From a virus (Duplodnaviria > Caudoviricetes): DNA of 64,000 nucleotides. Position 1 is the stretch's first letter; every line of letters begins with the position of its first letter. This document shows positions 19,977 through 28,786 of this stretch, in pieces. The DNA lies in the IMG/VR virus record IMGVR_UViG_3300017991_000056, positions 32,001 to 96,000 of that record; one strand, 5' to 3'. The position numbers and the translations under genes are program-made. The notes under the pieces are model-generated. The model did not search any database, was not told where the DNA came from, and was given only the letters and a program-made list of their open reading frames with translations.

Positions 19977-20027
19977 CGCCGGAAGGCGTGGTGCGCGAAA
20001 CGCAACCACTAGAAGGAGGGTTTCAAC

Positions 20028-20888
20028 ATGGCAGTTGACAACCAGACCAAGCAGGAAATCATTTCCCAGCACATCCGCACGGCAGCCGGCCGCGCTCGCC
20101 TCGCTGCGAGCATGATTCAGCCGCTCAGGCGGCGCAGGGACTACACGAGCGTAGGGAGAAAGGCGTTTTACGTCGAGGCGTTGCCCGATGGCGCCCTGCC
20201 TATCTACGACAAGGACCCGAACGTGGTGGCCTACGTCATCGGCGAAGAGGGCGAGAACATCGTCTCGGTCGCGAAGCCGAAGCGCGTGATGTTCCCGCTG
20301 TTCGAGATCGCCTCGAACCCCGAGATCCAGCTGACCGAGATCAAGCAGCGGCGCTTCGACCTGATCGAGCGCTCCGTCGACCTCGGCAAGAGCGAGATCC
20401 AGGCCGAGGAGGACCGCAAGGTCTTCGCCGTCATGGACGCGCTCGCGGCCGACCCGACGAACCCGAACCCGCCGATCCCCGTCACGGGCAACCTGACGGC
20501 GAACGCGCTGGCCGACGCCTTCGCGAACATCGAACGCACCGACATCCGTGTCGCGACCGTGTTCCTGAACGCCAAGGACTACGCCGACCTGCGCAAGTGG
20601 GACCGGGACACGCTGGACATCGAGACCCAGGCGATCCTGCTGAAGACCGGGCTCATGGCCACCCTCTGGGGCGCCAAGCTCATGGTCAGCCGCATCGTCC
20701 CCGAGGGAACGGTGTACTGCTGCGGCGAGGCCGAGTTCTTCGGCCGCATGCCCGTCCGGACGGAGCTCACGGTCCTGTCCGCCGACGACCCCAAGAACAG
20801 GCTGATCGGCTTCAGCATGTTCGAGCAGCTCGGAATTGGGGCGTATAACCCCTTTTCCCTGCAGGTCCTTCAAATTACTCGTGTTTGA
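20028..20888 (+). CDS. Major capsid protein (HK97-like fold)
   Basis: Strong RBS and codon bias; IQAEEDRKVF, LWGAKLMVSRIVP motifs; followed by strong terminator. Confidence 0.85.
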   Translation: MAVDNQTKQEIISQHIRTAAGRARLAASMIQPLRRRRDYTSVGRKAFYVEALPDGALPIYDKDPNVVAYVIGEEGENIVSVAKPKRVMFPLFEIASNPEIQLTEIKQRRFDLIERSVDLGKSEIQAEEDRKVFAVMDALAADPTNPNPPIPVTGNLTANALADAFANIERTDIRVATVFLNAKDYADLRKWDRDTLDIETQAILLKTGLMATLWGAKLMVSRIVPEGTVYCCGEAEFFGRMPVRTELTVLSADDPKNRLIGFSMFEQLGIGAYNPFSLQVLQITRV

Positions 20889-20927
20889 CGTTACAAACGT
20901 CTAAGCGCGAAAGGTTTGTGACCTTTC

Positions 20928-20963
20928 AAGCCCCTGGTCAATCCGACCAGGGGCTTTTCTTTT
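20928..20963 (+). terminator. Intrinsic terminator after MCP
   Basis: aagcccctggtc-aatcc-gaccaggggctt plus T tract. Confidence 0.85.
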
Positions 20964-21257
20964 GTTGGCTAAGGAGTGGTTCCAGCCCGAGACGGCCAAG
21001 GCCCATCGTCAGAAGTGCGTCTCCGACCATCCCGACGCCTACGAGGAGGGCGTGGACCACGTGAGGTGCCCGGAGTGCCAGGCGCCGATGCTGCGCCTCG
21101 GAAGGCATCTCCGGGTCGAGCATGGGTGGGGTGACGACTCCGGCCCGGTTGAGGTCAAGGAGAAGCCGAGTTGTGGCAATGATGGCACCTCCTGGCACCG
21201 GTTGGACGCGGCGTATAATGGGGTTGAGTTGATGACCGCGGCCTGTGTGGAGGAAGC

Positions 21258-21500
21258 ATGGAAACGCCGAGAGAGCTAATCGAGGAACATCTTCAAGGAC
21301 GGATGACTGTAGAGAAGTTTATGGAGGGTGTGGTCGAAGAGTTTCAGCTAGCCGAAAAAGACATCGCCGAGCGACGTTTCGGGGTGGTTGCGATGCTGGC
21401 AAGTCGGTGTCTTCGACTACAGCACGAGATGAAGTGCGAGATGCGCCTACAACCCGTTGGATGCAAGGATGGCCTCATTTACTACCTGCTGAGAGGATAG
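21258..21500 (+). CDS. Hypothetical protein
   Basis: GGAGG RBS; TATAAT about 40 nt upstream. Confidence 0.55.
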   Translation: METPRELIEEHLQGRMTVEKFMEGVVEEFQLAEKDIAERRFGVVAMLASRCLRLQHEMKCEMRLQPVGCKDGLIYYLLRG

Positions 21501-21513
21501 CGTGGAGGAAGCG

Positions 21514-22809
21514 ATGATTTCAAAGGCAGTTTTGGGAGGGGGCGCCATCATCGGGGTGATTGCGGGCTTCTGGGGCAGCATCAAGCTCTATCTGACGAAG
21601 ATGTGTTCCCTTTTTGTCATACGCGCCCGTCTTGACGGCCACAACCCGACGTCGGCCATGTCTCATCTTCTCTGGACCGAGTTCAGGTGCTCCAGGCTCA
21701 CGAAGAAGTGCTACCGGGGCATCACCGACTACGTGAGGCCGAATCGGCGCAACGAGCTAGTCCTGTACGAGCGCCTGCCCGTGGAGCAGACGATCTTTTG
21801 GCGTGGGTGGAAGCCTCTGGCCGTGAAGGGTGATTCGTGGGGGGAAGGCTACTATCTTGACATCGTCTTCCTTCGGTGGACGTTTGACTCGGACGATCTC
21901 TTCACCGAGGCCATCAAGAAGTTCAACGCTCGCGGGCATAAAGAGGAGGCCCGTTTCTTCGTGAAGCGGATGACGGGCTCGATCGGGGACAAGATGGACA
22001 GCTTGGCGCTTCTCAGCTCGAAGGGGGAGGGCGCCGACATGGCGAGGTTCGCGGGCAACTCTGTCTCCAAATTGAACTCCCGTCCGGTCGGGTGGGGGTA
22101 TGATCAGCTGGGGCTTCCGAGAGCGGACAACGCCTTGGGGGCCTTGGCCCTTCCGAACGACGCGGAGCCCGCGATTGAGGAGGCGAAATGGTGGTTGGGC
22201 AATGAGGAGTGGTTCAAGGATCATCTCGTGCCCTGGAAGTACGGGTTGATGTTCGAGGGCCCGAGCGGCACCGGGAAGACCGCCACGGCTCGGTCGATCG
22301 GCCAGCATCTCGATCTTCCGATCTTCGTTTTCGACGTGGCCACCATGAACAACTCGGACTTCGTGGAGAAGTGGGGCGAGATGATTGAGAAGAGCCCGTG
22401 CATTGCCTTGTTCGAGGACCTCGACAATGTCTTCGAGGGCCGCGTGAACATCGTGAAGAGCGGCAACGAGGCCGTGCTGACGTTCGACTGCTTCCTGAAC
22501 TGCCTGGACGGCGTCGACAGCACTGACGGGGTCTTCGTCATCATCACGACCAACCACATCGACAAGTTGGATGCAGCTCTCGGGGTGAACAATGGGGGCG
22601 ACATATCGACGCGACCGGGCCGCGTTGATCGGGTTGTTCATTTTGGGCCGCTCGACGAGATGGGTAGGAGAAAGATTGCCGCTCGCATCTTCGAAGGCTT
22701 CGAGGTAAGCGAGTGGGAGCATCTTGTTGCAGAGGGGGATGGCGATACGGGGGCTCGGTTTCAGGCACGTTGCTGCCGCCTCGTGAGAAAGTTGAAAGGG
22801 AGGCGATGA
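21514..22809 (+). CDS. BCS1-like AAA+ ATPase with N-terminal membrane anchor
   Basis: Walker A GPSGTGKT, Walker B FEDLD, LNCLDG, TTNH, RPGRVD. Confidence 0.85.
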   Translation: MISKAVLGGGAIIGVIAGFWGSIKLYLTKMCSLFVIRARLDGHNPTSAMSHLLWTEFRCSRLTKKCYRGITDYVRPNRRNELVLYERLPVEQTIFWRGWKPLAVKGDSWGEGYYLDIVFLRWTFDSDDLFTEAIKKFNARGHKEEARFFVKRMTGSIGDKMDSLALLSSKGEGADMARFAGNSVSKLNSRPVGWGYDQLGLPRADNALGALALPNDAEPAIEEAKWWLGNEEWFKDHLVPWKYGLMFEGPSGTGKTATARSIGQHLDLPIFVFDVATMNNSDFVEKWGEMIEKSPCIALFEDLDNVFEGRVNIVKSGNEAVLTFDCFLNCLDGVDSTDGVFVIITTNHIDKLDAALGVNNGGDISTRPGRVDRVVHFGPLDEMGRRKIAARIFEGFEVSEWEHLVAEGDGDTGARFQARCCRLVRKLKGRR

Positions 22810-23041
22810 GCGTTCCGATCTCGTCGGTGCTTGGTGCGCGAAGGCGATCGGGGACCTGAACGCGAAGCCTGTCTGGCGTAGGGGGAGGTGTGTGGTTCGT
22901 GTTCCGGTGATTTCCTGTGGGCGCTGCGTCCTTTGTTCGGCGGTAATTTTCTCGCGCGTGCTTGGGAACGGTGACTCGTACCGTATTATAGGGTTGGAGT
23001 AGACTGACGAAAACGCAAGCAGCAACGAGGAGGACAAGAAA

Positions 23042-23419
23042 ATGAACAAGACGACGACTGTGGTAATGGCTCCCGGCATTGAGCCCGAGCAGTTGGAAGG
23101 ACTGAAGGTCGAAATCGAGAAGTCCATGGAGGACGCGGCCCATGTTGTCTGCGTCCCTTACGTGTTCAGCGTGGAGCAGATGGAGCTACGGCAAGACGAA
23201 ATGGCGATAATGGCTCCCGGCATTGAGCCCGAGCAGTTGGAGGGACTGAAGGTCGAAATCGAGAAGTCCATGGAGGACGCGGCCCATATCATCTTTACCA
23301 ATTACGCGTTCAGCGTGGAGCGCATGGAGCTGCGGGGCGAAGGCGATCAAGGACCTGAACGAAAACCCAGTGTGGATGAAATGAGAGAAAAGATTGCGCG
23401 AGCGTTTGAAGGAGGTTGA
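23042..23419 (+). CDS. Hypothetical protein made of a tandem 48-aa duplication
   Basis: GAGGAGG RBS; 144-bp-period repeat starting at 23066 and 23210. Confidence 0.7.
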   Translation: MNKTTTVVMAPGIEPEQLEGLKVEIEKSMEDAAHVVCVPYVFSVEQMELRQDEMAIMAPGIEPEQLEGLKVEIEKSMEDAAHIIFTNYAFSVERMELRGEGDQGPERKPSVDEMREKIARAFEGG

Positions 23420-23613
23420 TGAGGATCGGCGCGGATGCGCTTATCCTGGTGCCTCGGAGATGCGGGAAGCATTGGAGGCCGTCGACAAGGATTTGGCTTC
23501 CTGTCGGGCTTCTGACAAGGGGCCTGCGTATCTGGGGCTTTTGATGGCGGTTCAGGACTTGTTGGCGGAGTTTCGCATTGACGGGTTCTGTTTGGAGATG
23601 ATGGCGAAGGGCC

Positions 23614-23877
23614 ATGCGCGTCCTGGATGACGTGGAGTGGGTCGACAGCATCACGGACGATCACGATCCCAACATGTGTCCGTCCTGCGGCGGTTTCCAG
23701 AGCCATCGGCACTCGCAGGAGAACGTCGGGCACAGGGAGGGCTGCGAGCTTGTCGGGGCGAGGCGCGAGCTGTTCCGGCAGGCTGTGGACGTCGCGTCGG
23801 GGATGCCGGACGGGAATCTTTTTCTCAACATGGTTGTCGGGCTGCATCTGGCGAGGCCGGTCCCGAGGTTCGGATGA
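23614..23877 (+). CDS. Small Zn-binding hypothetical protein (CPSC..H..C)
   Basis: ORF motif only. Confidence 0.55.
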   Translation: MRVLDDVEWVDSITDDHDPNMCPSCGGFQSHRHSQENVGHREGCELVGARRELFRQAVDVASGMPDGNLFLNMVVGLHLARPVPRFG

Positions 23878-23943
23878 GGGGAGGCGAGGAGGGCGGCCAC
23901 TGTTCCTTGCACGGCTGCATGAGGGCAATCTGCGGCTGCGAAT

Positions 23944-24198
23944 ATGACTAGTGGGATCGTCGAGACCAGGATGGTGCGTCTTCGTGACCGGGACGTCGAG
24001 GTGTCCTTCCGCGGGGACGGCAGGGGATCGTGGAAGATATCCATGGTGGGCGGGAGGAGGTTTCGGTCGGCGTCCAGGTTCGAGTCGTTGGGGTCGGCGG
24101 TCGTCGGGGTGCAGATGCTGGACTGGGAGTTCCGTGGGGGTCGCGACGACGGGGAGGTTCTCTCCGTCGGGGAGGTTCTCTCCGTCGATGACGCATAG
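23944..24198 (+). CDS. Hypothetical protein
   Basis: ORF with phage-like codon usage. Confidence 0.45.
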   Translation: MTSGIVETRMVRLRDRDVEVSFRGDGRGSWKISMVGGRRFRSASRFESLGSAVVGVQMLDWEFRGGRDDGEVLSVGEVLSVDDA

Positions 24199-24214
24199 CG
24201 TAGGAGGTGGCCGG

Positions 24215-24601
24215 ATGTCAACGAAGCGGAAGCAGGACAAGAGGCGCGCCCGCGCCAAGAGCGTGGTCAAGGCGAAGAACAGGCTGAAGGCGAAGCCGAG
24301 GCCGAGGTTCTATCTGGAGGCGGACCTTCCCGGGGGCGTCGGGTGGAAGAAGGTCATGGCCTTCAGGAAGATGGAGGACGTGGACGCCTATGTCGAGTCC
24401 GTCGAGGACATCAGGAGGAGGAATGCCTCCGAGATCGTGAGGGGGCGCGTGGTCATGGCCTCGACTGGGCGAGTGGTGGCGGTGATCGAGCCGCACGAGA
24501 TCGAGGGGCCGGAAATCCTGGGGGCTTCCGGGCATGTCCGGGGCCGAGGGAAGAAGGAAAATGCCGAGGGGGCTTTGGAAAAGGAGGCCGAAGGTGTATA
24601 A
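24215..24601 (+). CDS. Basic hypothetical protein
   Basis: AGGAGG RBS before ATG 24215. Confidence 0.65.
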   Translation: MSTKRKQDKRRARAKSVVKAKNRLKAKPRPRFYLEADLPGGVGWKKVMAFRKMEDVDAYVESVEDIRRRNASEIVRGRVVMASTGRVVAVIEPHEIEGPEILGASGHVRGRGKKENAEGALEKEAEGV

Positions 24602-24710
24602 TGTCCGTGAGAGGGCGACGGTTTCCCAGAGCTTCTTTGAGAAAATCTTCTCGCCGCGTGGAAAACCGTCCTCTTTTGGCAATATGGTTGGTGAGCGAGT
24701 TCTTTGAAAA
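24574..24710 (+). promoter_or_regulatory. Sigma70-like promoter (TATAAT 24597-24602) plus leader hairpin and boxA-like GTTCTTTGAAAA (24699-24710)
   Basis: Sequence matches; sits upstream of the stable-RNA cluster. Confidence 0.55.
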
Positions 24711-24714
24711 TCGA

Positions 24715-25312
24715 ATGAGACAGCGTTCCTGGCTCGGGGTGCCGTTCTGAGTGCAACGAAGCCAGGGGGTCTGGGAGAGAGGACGCGCACCCCGGCGGCT
24801 AGCGTCCAAGTAGCGAATCGAGCTGCGCCATAGAGCGTGGCCGCCCCTTCGGGAGGGCTGGCGAACGGAACGGCGGGATCGGGCTCTGCGAAAAGTGGGC
24901 ATGCCGAAGCGAGGCAGGTTGCCGGTAGGCGAGAGCCACGCCGGAATCGTACGTGGCCCATGACCGAGCCTCCGAACGAAGGGTTCAAGGGTGGACATGG
25001 AGAAGGACGCTCCGAACCAGGGACGCTGGAGAATGAACAAGATTTTCCGGCACCGGCCCGACCCGGACAGCTCCGGGCTCAGGGCGGTGAGCGCGAAAGG
25101 GGTCCTCTAGTAGGGATCGGGACAGCGATGCGCGGTTTGAGTCCGTCGCCCGAAGCACGCATGGGCAAGCGTACCACGATCGGGACAGCGATGCGCGGTT
25201 TGAGTCCGTCGCCCGAAGCACGCATGGGCAAGCGTACCACGACCGAACGCGGGTTCCGAGTACGACGCGTCGTCACTCTCGGACAAGGCCGAGGCGGGCG
25301 GGTTGCCGGGAT
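24715..25312 (+). ncRNA. Candidate large structured non-coding RNA of unknown family
   Basis: No credible CDS; UUCG/GNRA-capped hairpins; long-range helix 25046-25063 with 25293-25311; between boxA and tmRNA; boundaries approximate. Confidence 0.5.
25115..25242 (+). repeat. Perfect 63-bp tandem duplication
   Basis: gatcgggacagcgatgcgcggtttgagtccgtcgcccgaagcacgcatgggcaagcgtaccac x2. Confidence 0.95.
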
Positions 25313-25318
25313 TAACTT

Positions 25319-25713
25319 GGGGGCGAAATGGTATCGACTGGCGCGGCTGAGCTTGAGACTGCATGTGGAGGATGACCGTTGGCCTCCTGAATCATCGGTC
25401 GCAGAGACAACTGCAAAAAACATTCTTTCCTTCCCTGGTCGGCCTCGGCTGGCCATCGCTGCCTGAGAAGGCGGCGCGGGTGTCCCTGCCTGACGCCGAT
25501 AGGGGTCGGGGGCAACGACATCGGTGGACAAGCCATGGAGAGACATGCTGACGAGGAGCACGGAAAGACGTCTCTGGCAGCCTGGAAAGACGGGACGGGG
25601 CCTGCCGACGGGGCCTGAGCCGGACTAGACATCCGGCAAGCCTTCGGCTAAGCATGTAGATGTCCGAGGGACGTCCGTTCAGGACCCGGGTTCGACTCCT
25701 GGCGCCTCCACCA
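25319..25713 (+). ncRNA. ssrA: tmRNA; tag peptide (A)AKNILSFPGRPRLAIAA* at 25413-25466
   Basis: 5' GGGGGCG...TCGAC pairs with 3' CGCCTCC-ACCA including G3.U; T-arm GGGTTCGACTCC; tag ends in AA. Confidence 0.93.
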
Positions 25714-25756
25714 AGTTTTCGATCATGAGCATTATCGCGAGAGGTACTTTTTTAAT

Positions 25757-25833
<77 letters not shown>

Positions 25834-25844
25834 AACTTTTAGTA

Positions 25845-25881
25845 CCGTAGGTCGCAGGTTCGATTCCTGCCGGGGGTGCCG
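25845..25881 (+). pseudogene. 3'-half tRNA fragment (variable loop, T-arm, acceptor strand)
   Basis: AGGTC-GCAGGTTCGATTCCTGC-CGGGGGTGCC with no 5' half. Confidence 0.65.
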
Positions 25882-25888
25882 ATGATGC

Positions 25889-25985
25889 GGCTCTGGCAAG
25901 TTACCCTCCCCTCCCCTCCCCCCTTCCCTACTTGCCAGGGCCCTTTTTTTTTGGCCGTCGGTTCGCCGACGGCCATTTTTTCTTT
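25889..25985 (+). terminator. Two tandem intrinsic terminators closing the RNA cluster
   Basis: ggctctggcaagt...acttgccagggcc+T9, and ggccgtcgg-ttcg-ccgacggcc+T tract. Confidence 0.75.
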
Positions 25986-26005
25986 GATACGGGGGACTGT
26001 GGTAG
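25976..26005 (+). promoter_or_regulatory. Putative phage promoter motif, copy 4
   Basis: TTCTTTGATA-N12-GTAG. Confidence 0.5.
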
Positions 26006-26029
26006 AGACCACCTTCAAAGGAGGATGAT

Positions 26030-26158
26030 ATGAGACCGCAGCCGACCGCGACCAGGCCCCAGGGCCTTCTCCGACCCCGTCCGGCCCGGGCCGAGCTCTC
26101 CGCCGGCCCCGTCGTCCAGGGCACGTGCGTGGCCCAGGTGATCGGAGGTGGCCGATGA
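26030..26158 (+). CDS. Possible 42-aa leader/small protein
   Basis: AAGGAGG RBS; ATGA overlap with next gene. Confidence 0.45.
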   Translation: MRPQPTATRPQGLLRPRPARAELSAGPVVQGTCVAQVIGGGR

Positions 26159-27426
26159 GCGACCTGGCGGAATGGCGCTGGAGGTCCTTCGAGTCGGTGC
26201 TGAGGCACGTATGCGTGAAGCGTCGGCCCAGGAGGGTCCTGGAGTGGGGCCCGGGCCTCTCGACCGAGATCGTCCTGGAGACGTGCCCGGACGCCTCGGT
26301 CCTGACTGTCGAGCATGATCCGAAGTGGGAGGCGAAGGCGAAGGAGCGCCTGGCCGGCAAGGGCGACGTCGAGATCGCCAAGCGGGTCATCAGCATGAAG
26401 GGGGGGCTGTCGGACGGCTACGTGAACCATCCTGTCCTGAGGAACCTCCGGGAGAACGGAGGGGTCGTGGCCCCCGAGTACGACCTGGTCTTCGTGGACG
26501 GCCGATTCAGGTGCGACTGCCTGGTCGCGGCCCATCTCCTGGTGAGGCCCGACGGCGTGGTCGTCGTCCACGACACTCACCGCGGCAACTACTTGGACGC
26601 CATCAGGCTGTTTCGGCACTGGCAGCAGTTCGCGGAGCTGAGGACGGCCGTCATGTCCAAGTCGCCGATGCCGTGGCTGGAGGGCGCCGGGAAGGGGATC
26701 GGGGGCGTCCTGTCCGACGTGGACACCCTCGACGACCTGGAGAGGCGCCTGGTGTCCGGGAAGCCGTTCACCTACCTCCGGTTCGGGGACGCGGACCTCT
26801 ACTTCATGGTGGACCCGAACTTCGGCGGGAACCGGCGCCACGATCCGGTCCCGGGGCTTTCCAGGGAGCTCCGAGGGTCGTTCGCCATCGACCATCCCGA
26901 CTACCTGATCGGGTGCGTGGCCGGTGGAAGGGTCTTCAAGAGCAAGGAGGACGAGCTGAAGGAGATCGCGGCCCGCTTCCACACGGGGAGGACGTACCAT
27001 AGCGCGGTGGCCCTCCACATGGCCTATGGCCGCGATCCGGAGAGGTTCGCGGCCTTTTGCAGGAACAGCTTCGGGGGACGTCGCGTCCTGATGGTGGGAG
27101 GCGCGGCGATATGCAGGGACCTTCTGGTCAGGAAGGTGTTCAACGTGACGGCGACCATAGAGCTGACGGACAGGAACGCCTACCAGGGGCTCGACGCCCA
27201 GATGGAGCGGATAAGGAGGAACGTGCCGAAGTTCGACGTGATGGTGAGCGCCCTCGGGCAGGCGACCAGGGTCCTCGGGGGGCGTCTCTGGGACGAGGGG
27301 GCCAGGGACATTCAGTATTTCGACGTGGGGTCGGCGGTGGACGCCCTTGCCGGGAGGGAGCTCCGGAGCTGGATCAGGAAGTACGCCGGGAGGCGCGAGG
27401 AGTACCGGCGCATGTTCCTCGGGTGA
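26155..27426 (+). CDS. Class I SAM methyltransferase fused to GT-D-fold (DUF1792-like) glycosyltransferase
   Basis: VLEWGPGLST, DLVFVDG, VVVHD; second domain YLRFGDAD...DVGSAVD. Confidence 0.75.
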   Translation: MSDLAEWRWRSFESVLRHVCVKRRPRRVLEWGPGLSTEIVLETCPDASVLTVEHDPKWEAKAKERLAGKGDVEIAKRVISMKGGLSDGYVNHPVLRNLRENGGVVAPEYDLVFVDGRFRCDCLVAAHLLVRPDGVVVVHDTHRGNYLDAIRLFRHWQQFAELRTAVMSKSPMPWLEGAGKGIGGVLSDVDTLDDLERRLVSGKPFTYLRFGDADLYFMVDPNFGGNRRHDPVPGLSRELRGSFAIDHPDYLIGCVAGGRVFKSKEDELKEIAARFHTGRTYHSAVALHMAYGRDPERFAAFCRNSFGGRRVLMVGGAAICRDLLVRKVFNVTATIELTDRNAYQGLDAQMERIRRNVPKFDVMVSALGQATRVLGGRLWDEGARDIQYFDVGSAVDALAGRELRSWIRKYAGRREEYRRMFLG

Positions 27427-27432
27427 TGTGAC

Positions 27433-27461
27433 AATCTTTTTATATCGTTGCCCGTAGTAGG
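27433..27461 (+). promoter_or_regulatory. Putative phage promoter motif, copy 5
   Basis: AATCTTTTTATA-N12-GTAGG. Confidence 0.55.
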
Positions 27462-27533
27462 AGAACGAAGCGATTCTCCCGCCTAGCGGTTGATTGTTAG
27501 GGCGGTTCTTTGGCCGTCGGCGGAAAGGTCGCC

Positions 27534-27911
27534 ATGAACGATGCGGCAATGGATGGAAACCCCCTCAAGAGGGTTTTGATACTTGACGACGACAGAAAGC
27601 TCCGAGATATCATGTCGAGGATCGTGAGGCGTCTCGGCATGGAGCCGTTTTCGACCGACGACGGAAGGGCGGCGATCCATGAGCACTCGGAGAGGCGGTT
27701 CTCCGCTATGTTCGTCGACCTTCTGATGCCGAAGATGCGAGGCGAGGAGTTCATCTTGGAGGCGCGCCAGGTCAATGGGAGTCCGGATCGGCCCTTGGTG
27801 GTCGTGATGACGGGACTCCAGGACGTGACGCTGGCGGGCCTCGACGTTGACGGCGTTATCCTGAAGCCTTTCGGGGTCCGCGAGGTCGCGAAGGTGCTTG
27901 AGGAGATATAG
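27534..27911 (+). CDS. Single-domain response regulator (CheY-like receiver)
   Basis: VLILDDD, FVDLLMPKMRG, VVMTG, LKPF all present. Confidence 0.9.
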   Translation: MNDAAMDGNPLKRVLILDDDRKLRDIMSRIVRRLGMEPFSTDDGRAAIHEHSERRFSAMFVDLLMPKMRGEEFILEARQVNGSPDRPLVVVMTGLQDVTLAGLDVDGVILKPFGVREVAKVLEEI

Positions 27912-27920
27912 GAGGCGGAC

Positions 27921-28214
27921 ATGAGCCCGTTGACCCAGGCGGAGAGGATGTCTCGGCTGCTCCAGGTATACGGAGGGTGGGGTATGTGCGCGATACTGAT
28001 CATTGGCATCGTCGCCCTCTACTGGAGCATGGGAAGGGTGATATCCCAGCAGAACGCCCAGCTCCAGGCCCTCCTGCGGGAGACGGCTACGGTCTTGGCG
28101 GAGGCCAGGGATACCAATCGCGATGTCGCGGAGACCAACAGGACGACCAGCAACACGCTGGAGAGGGTGGGTCCTCAGCTCGTTGTCCTTGAGCAGCTCC
28201 AGCGAAATCGCTAG
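27921..28214 (+). CDS. Holin-like protein (one TM segment plus coiled coil)
   Basis: Hydrophobic GWGMCAILIIGIVALYW; context. Confidence 0.5.
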   Translation: MSPLTQAERMSRLLQVYGGWGMCAILIIGIVALYWSMGRVISQQNAQLQALLRETATVLAEARDTNRDVAETNRTTSNTLERVGPQLVVLEQLQRNR

Positions 28215-28224
28215 GAGGATTGAG

Positions 28225-28767
28225 ATGACTTTGACACTGAGGTCGGGGTTCGTGAGTGGGTTGAGGGATCTCGACAGCGAACTGCGAAACTTCTTTGCTG
28301 CCTCGACGTCGTACCGGGCGGCTTCCGGCAGGGGGAGTGTCATCCTGATCCTGGATGAGGACGAGGAGCTGGGCCGGCTTGTCAGGTTCCTGGCGGACCG
28401 GACGAAGATGGAGGTGCGCGTGGTGTGCATGTCGGACCCGCGTGCCGCCAGGAAGTTTATCGAGGATTCCGGCGAGTCGTCCGTGAAGGCGGTCATCGTC
28501 GACGTCGAGCTGCTGAGCGGGACGGGCGCGTCGTTCTACTCGTGGGTTCGGAGTGAGGAGCCTGACGTGCCGATCTTTATGAAGGGCACGAGGAAGCAGA
28601 TAGTTGAGTTCACCGGCAACGGCAACGGCAGCGGCAACGGCAATGGCTGGAGGTTCGGGACGTTCGTCCTGGAGGACACGACGGACATGGACTATGTCAG
28701 GGCGCTGGGGTTCCCGAGCAGGTGTGACAAGCTCGTGCGGGAGTTCCGGCACGAGCATGCCGGATGA
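28225..28767 (+). CDS. Degenerate receiver-domain protein
   Basis: ILILDEDEE...VIVDVELL.GTG...PDVPIFM; lacks the KP motif. Confidence 0.6.
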   Translation: MTLTLRSGFVSGLRDLDSELRNFFAASTSYRAASGRGSVILILDEDEELGRLVRFLADRTKMEVRVVCMSDPRAARKFIEDSGESSVKAVIVDVELLSGTGASFYSWVRSEEPDVPIFMKGTRKQIVEFTGNGNGSGNGNGWRFGTFVLEDTTDMDYVRALGFPSRCDKLVREFRHEHAG

Positions 28768-28786
28768 GTGAACAGGAGGTGTCGAG

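Noticed and set aside
20962-21279. Zn-finger-like ORF after the MCP terminator
   Set aside because: CPEC..H..H motif is suggestive, but the TTG start lies in the terminator tail with no RBS; possibly a remnant, not called
23042-23419. Repeat pairs (also 18892-19179) as DGR template/variable repeats
   Set aside because: In-frame tandem duplications without clear adenine-specific mismatch pattern; no reverse transcriptase in the window
25115-25242. 63-bp repeat as a CRISPR array
   Set aside because: Only two abutting copies, no spacers, too long for a repeat, and no cas genes in the window
24715-25312. RNase P RNA, rRNA fragment or group II intron
   Set aside because: No GAGGAAAGUCC P4 signature, no recognisable rRNA motifs, no convincing domain V or interrupted gene
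24837-25466. 209-aa ORF ending in LAIAA
   Set aside because: Its 3' end is the tmRNA tag frame; the rest overlaps structured RNA and lacks phage codon bias
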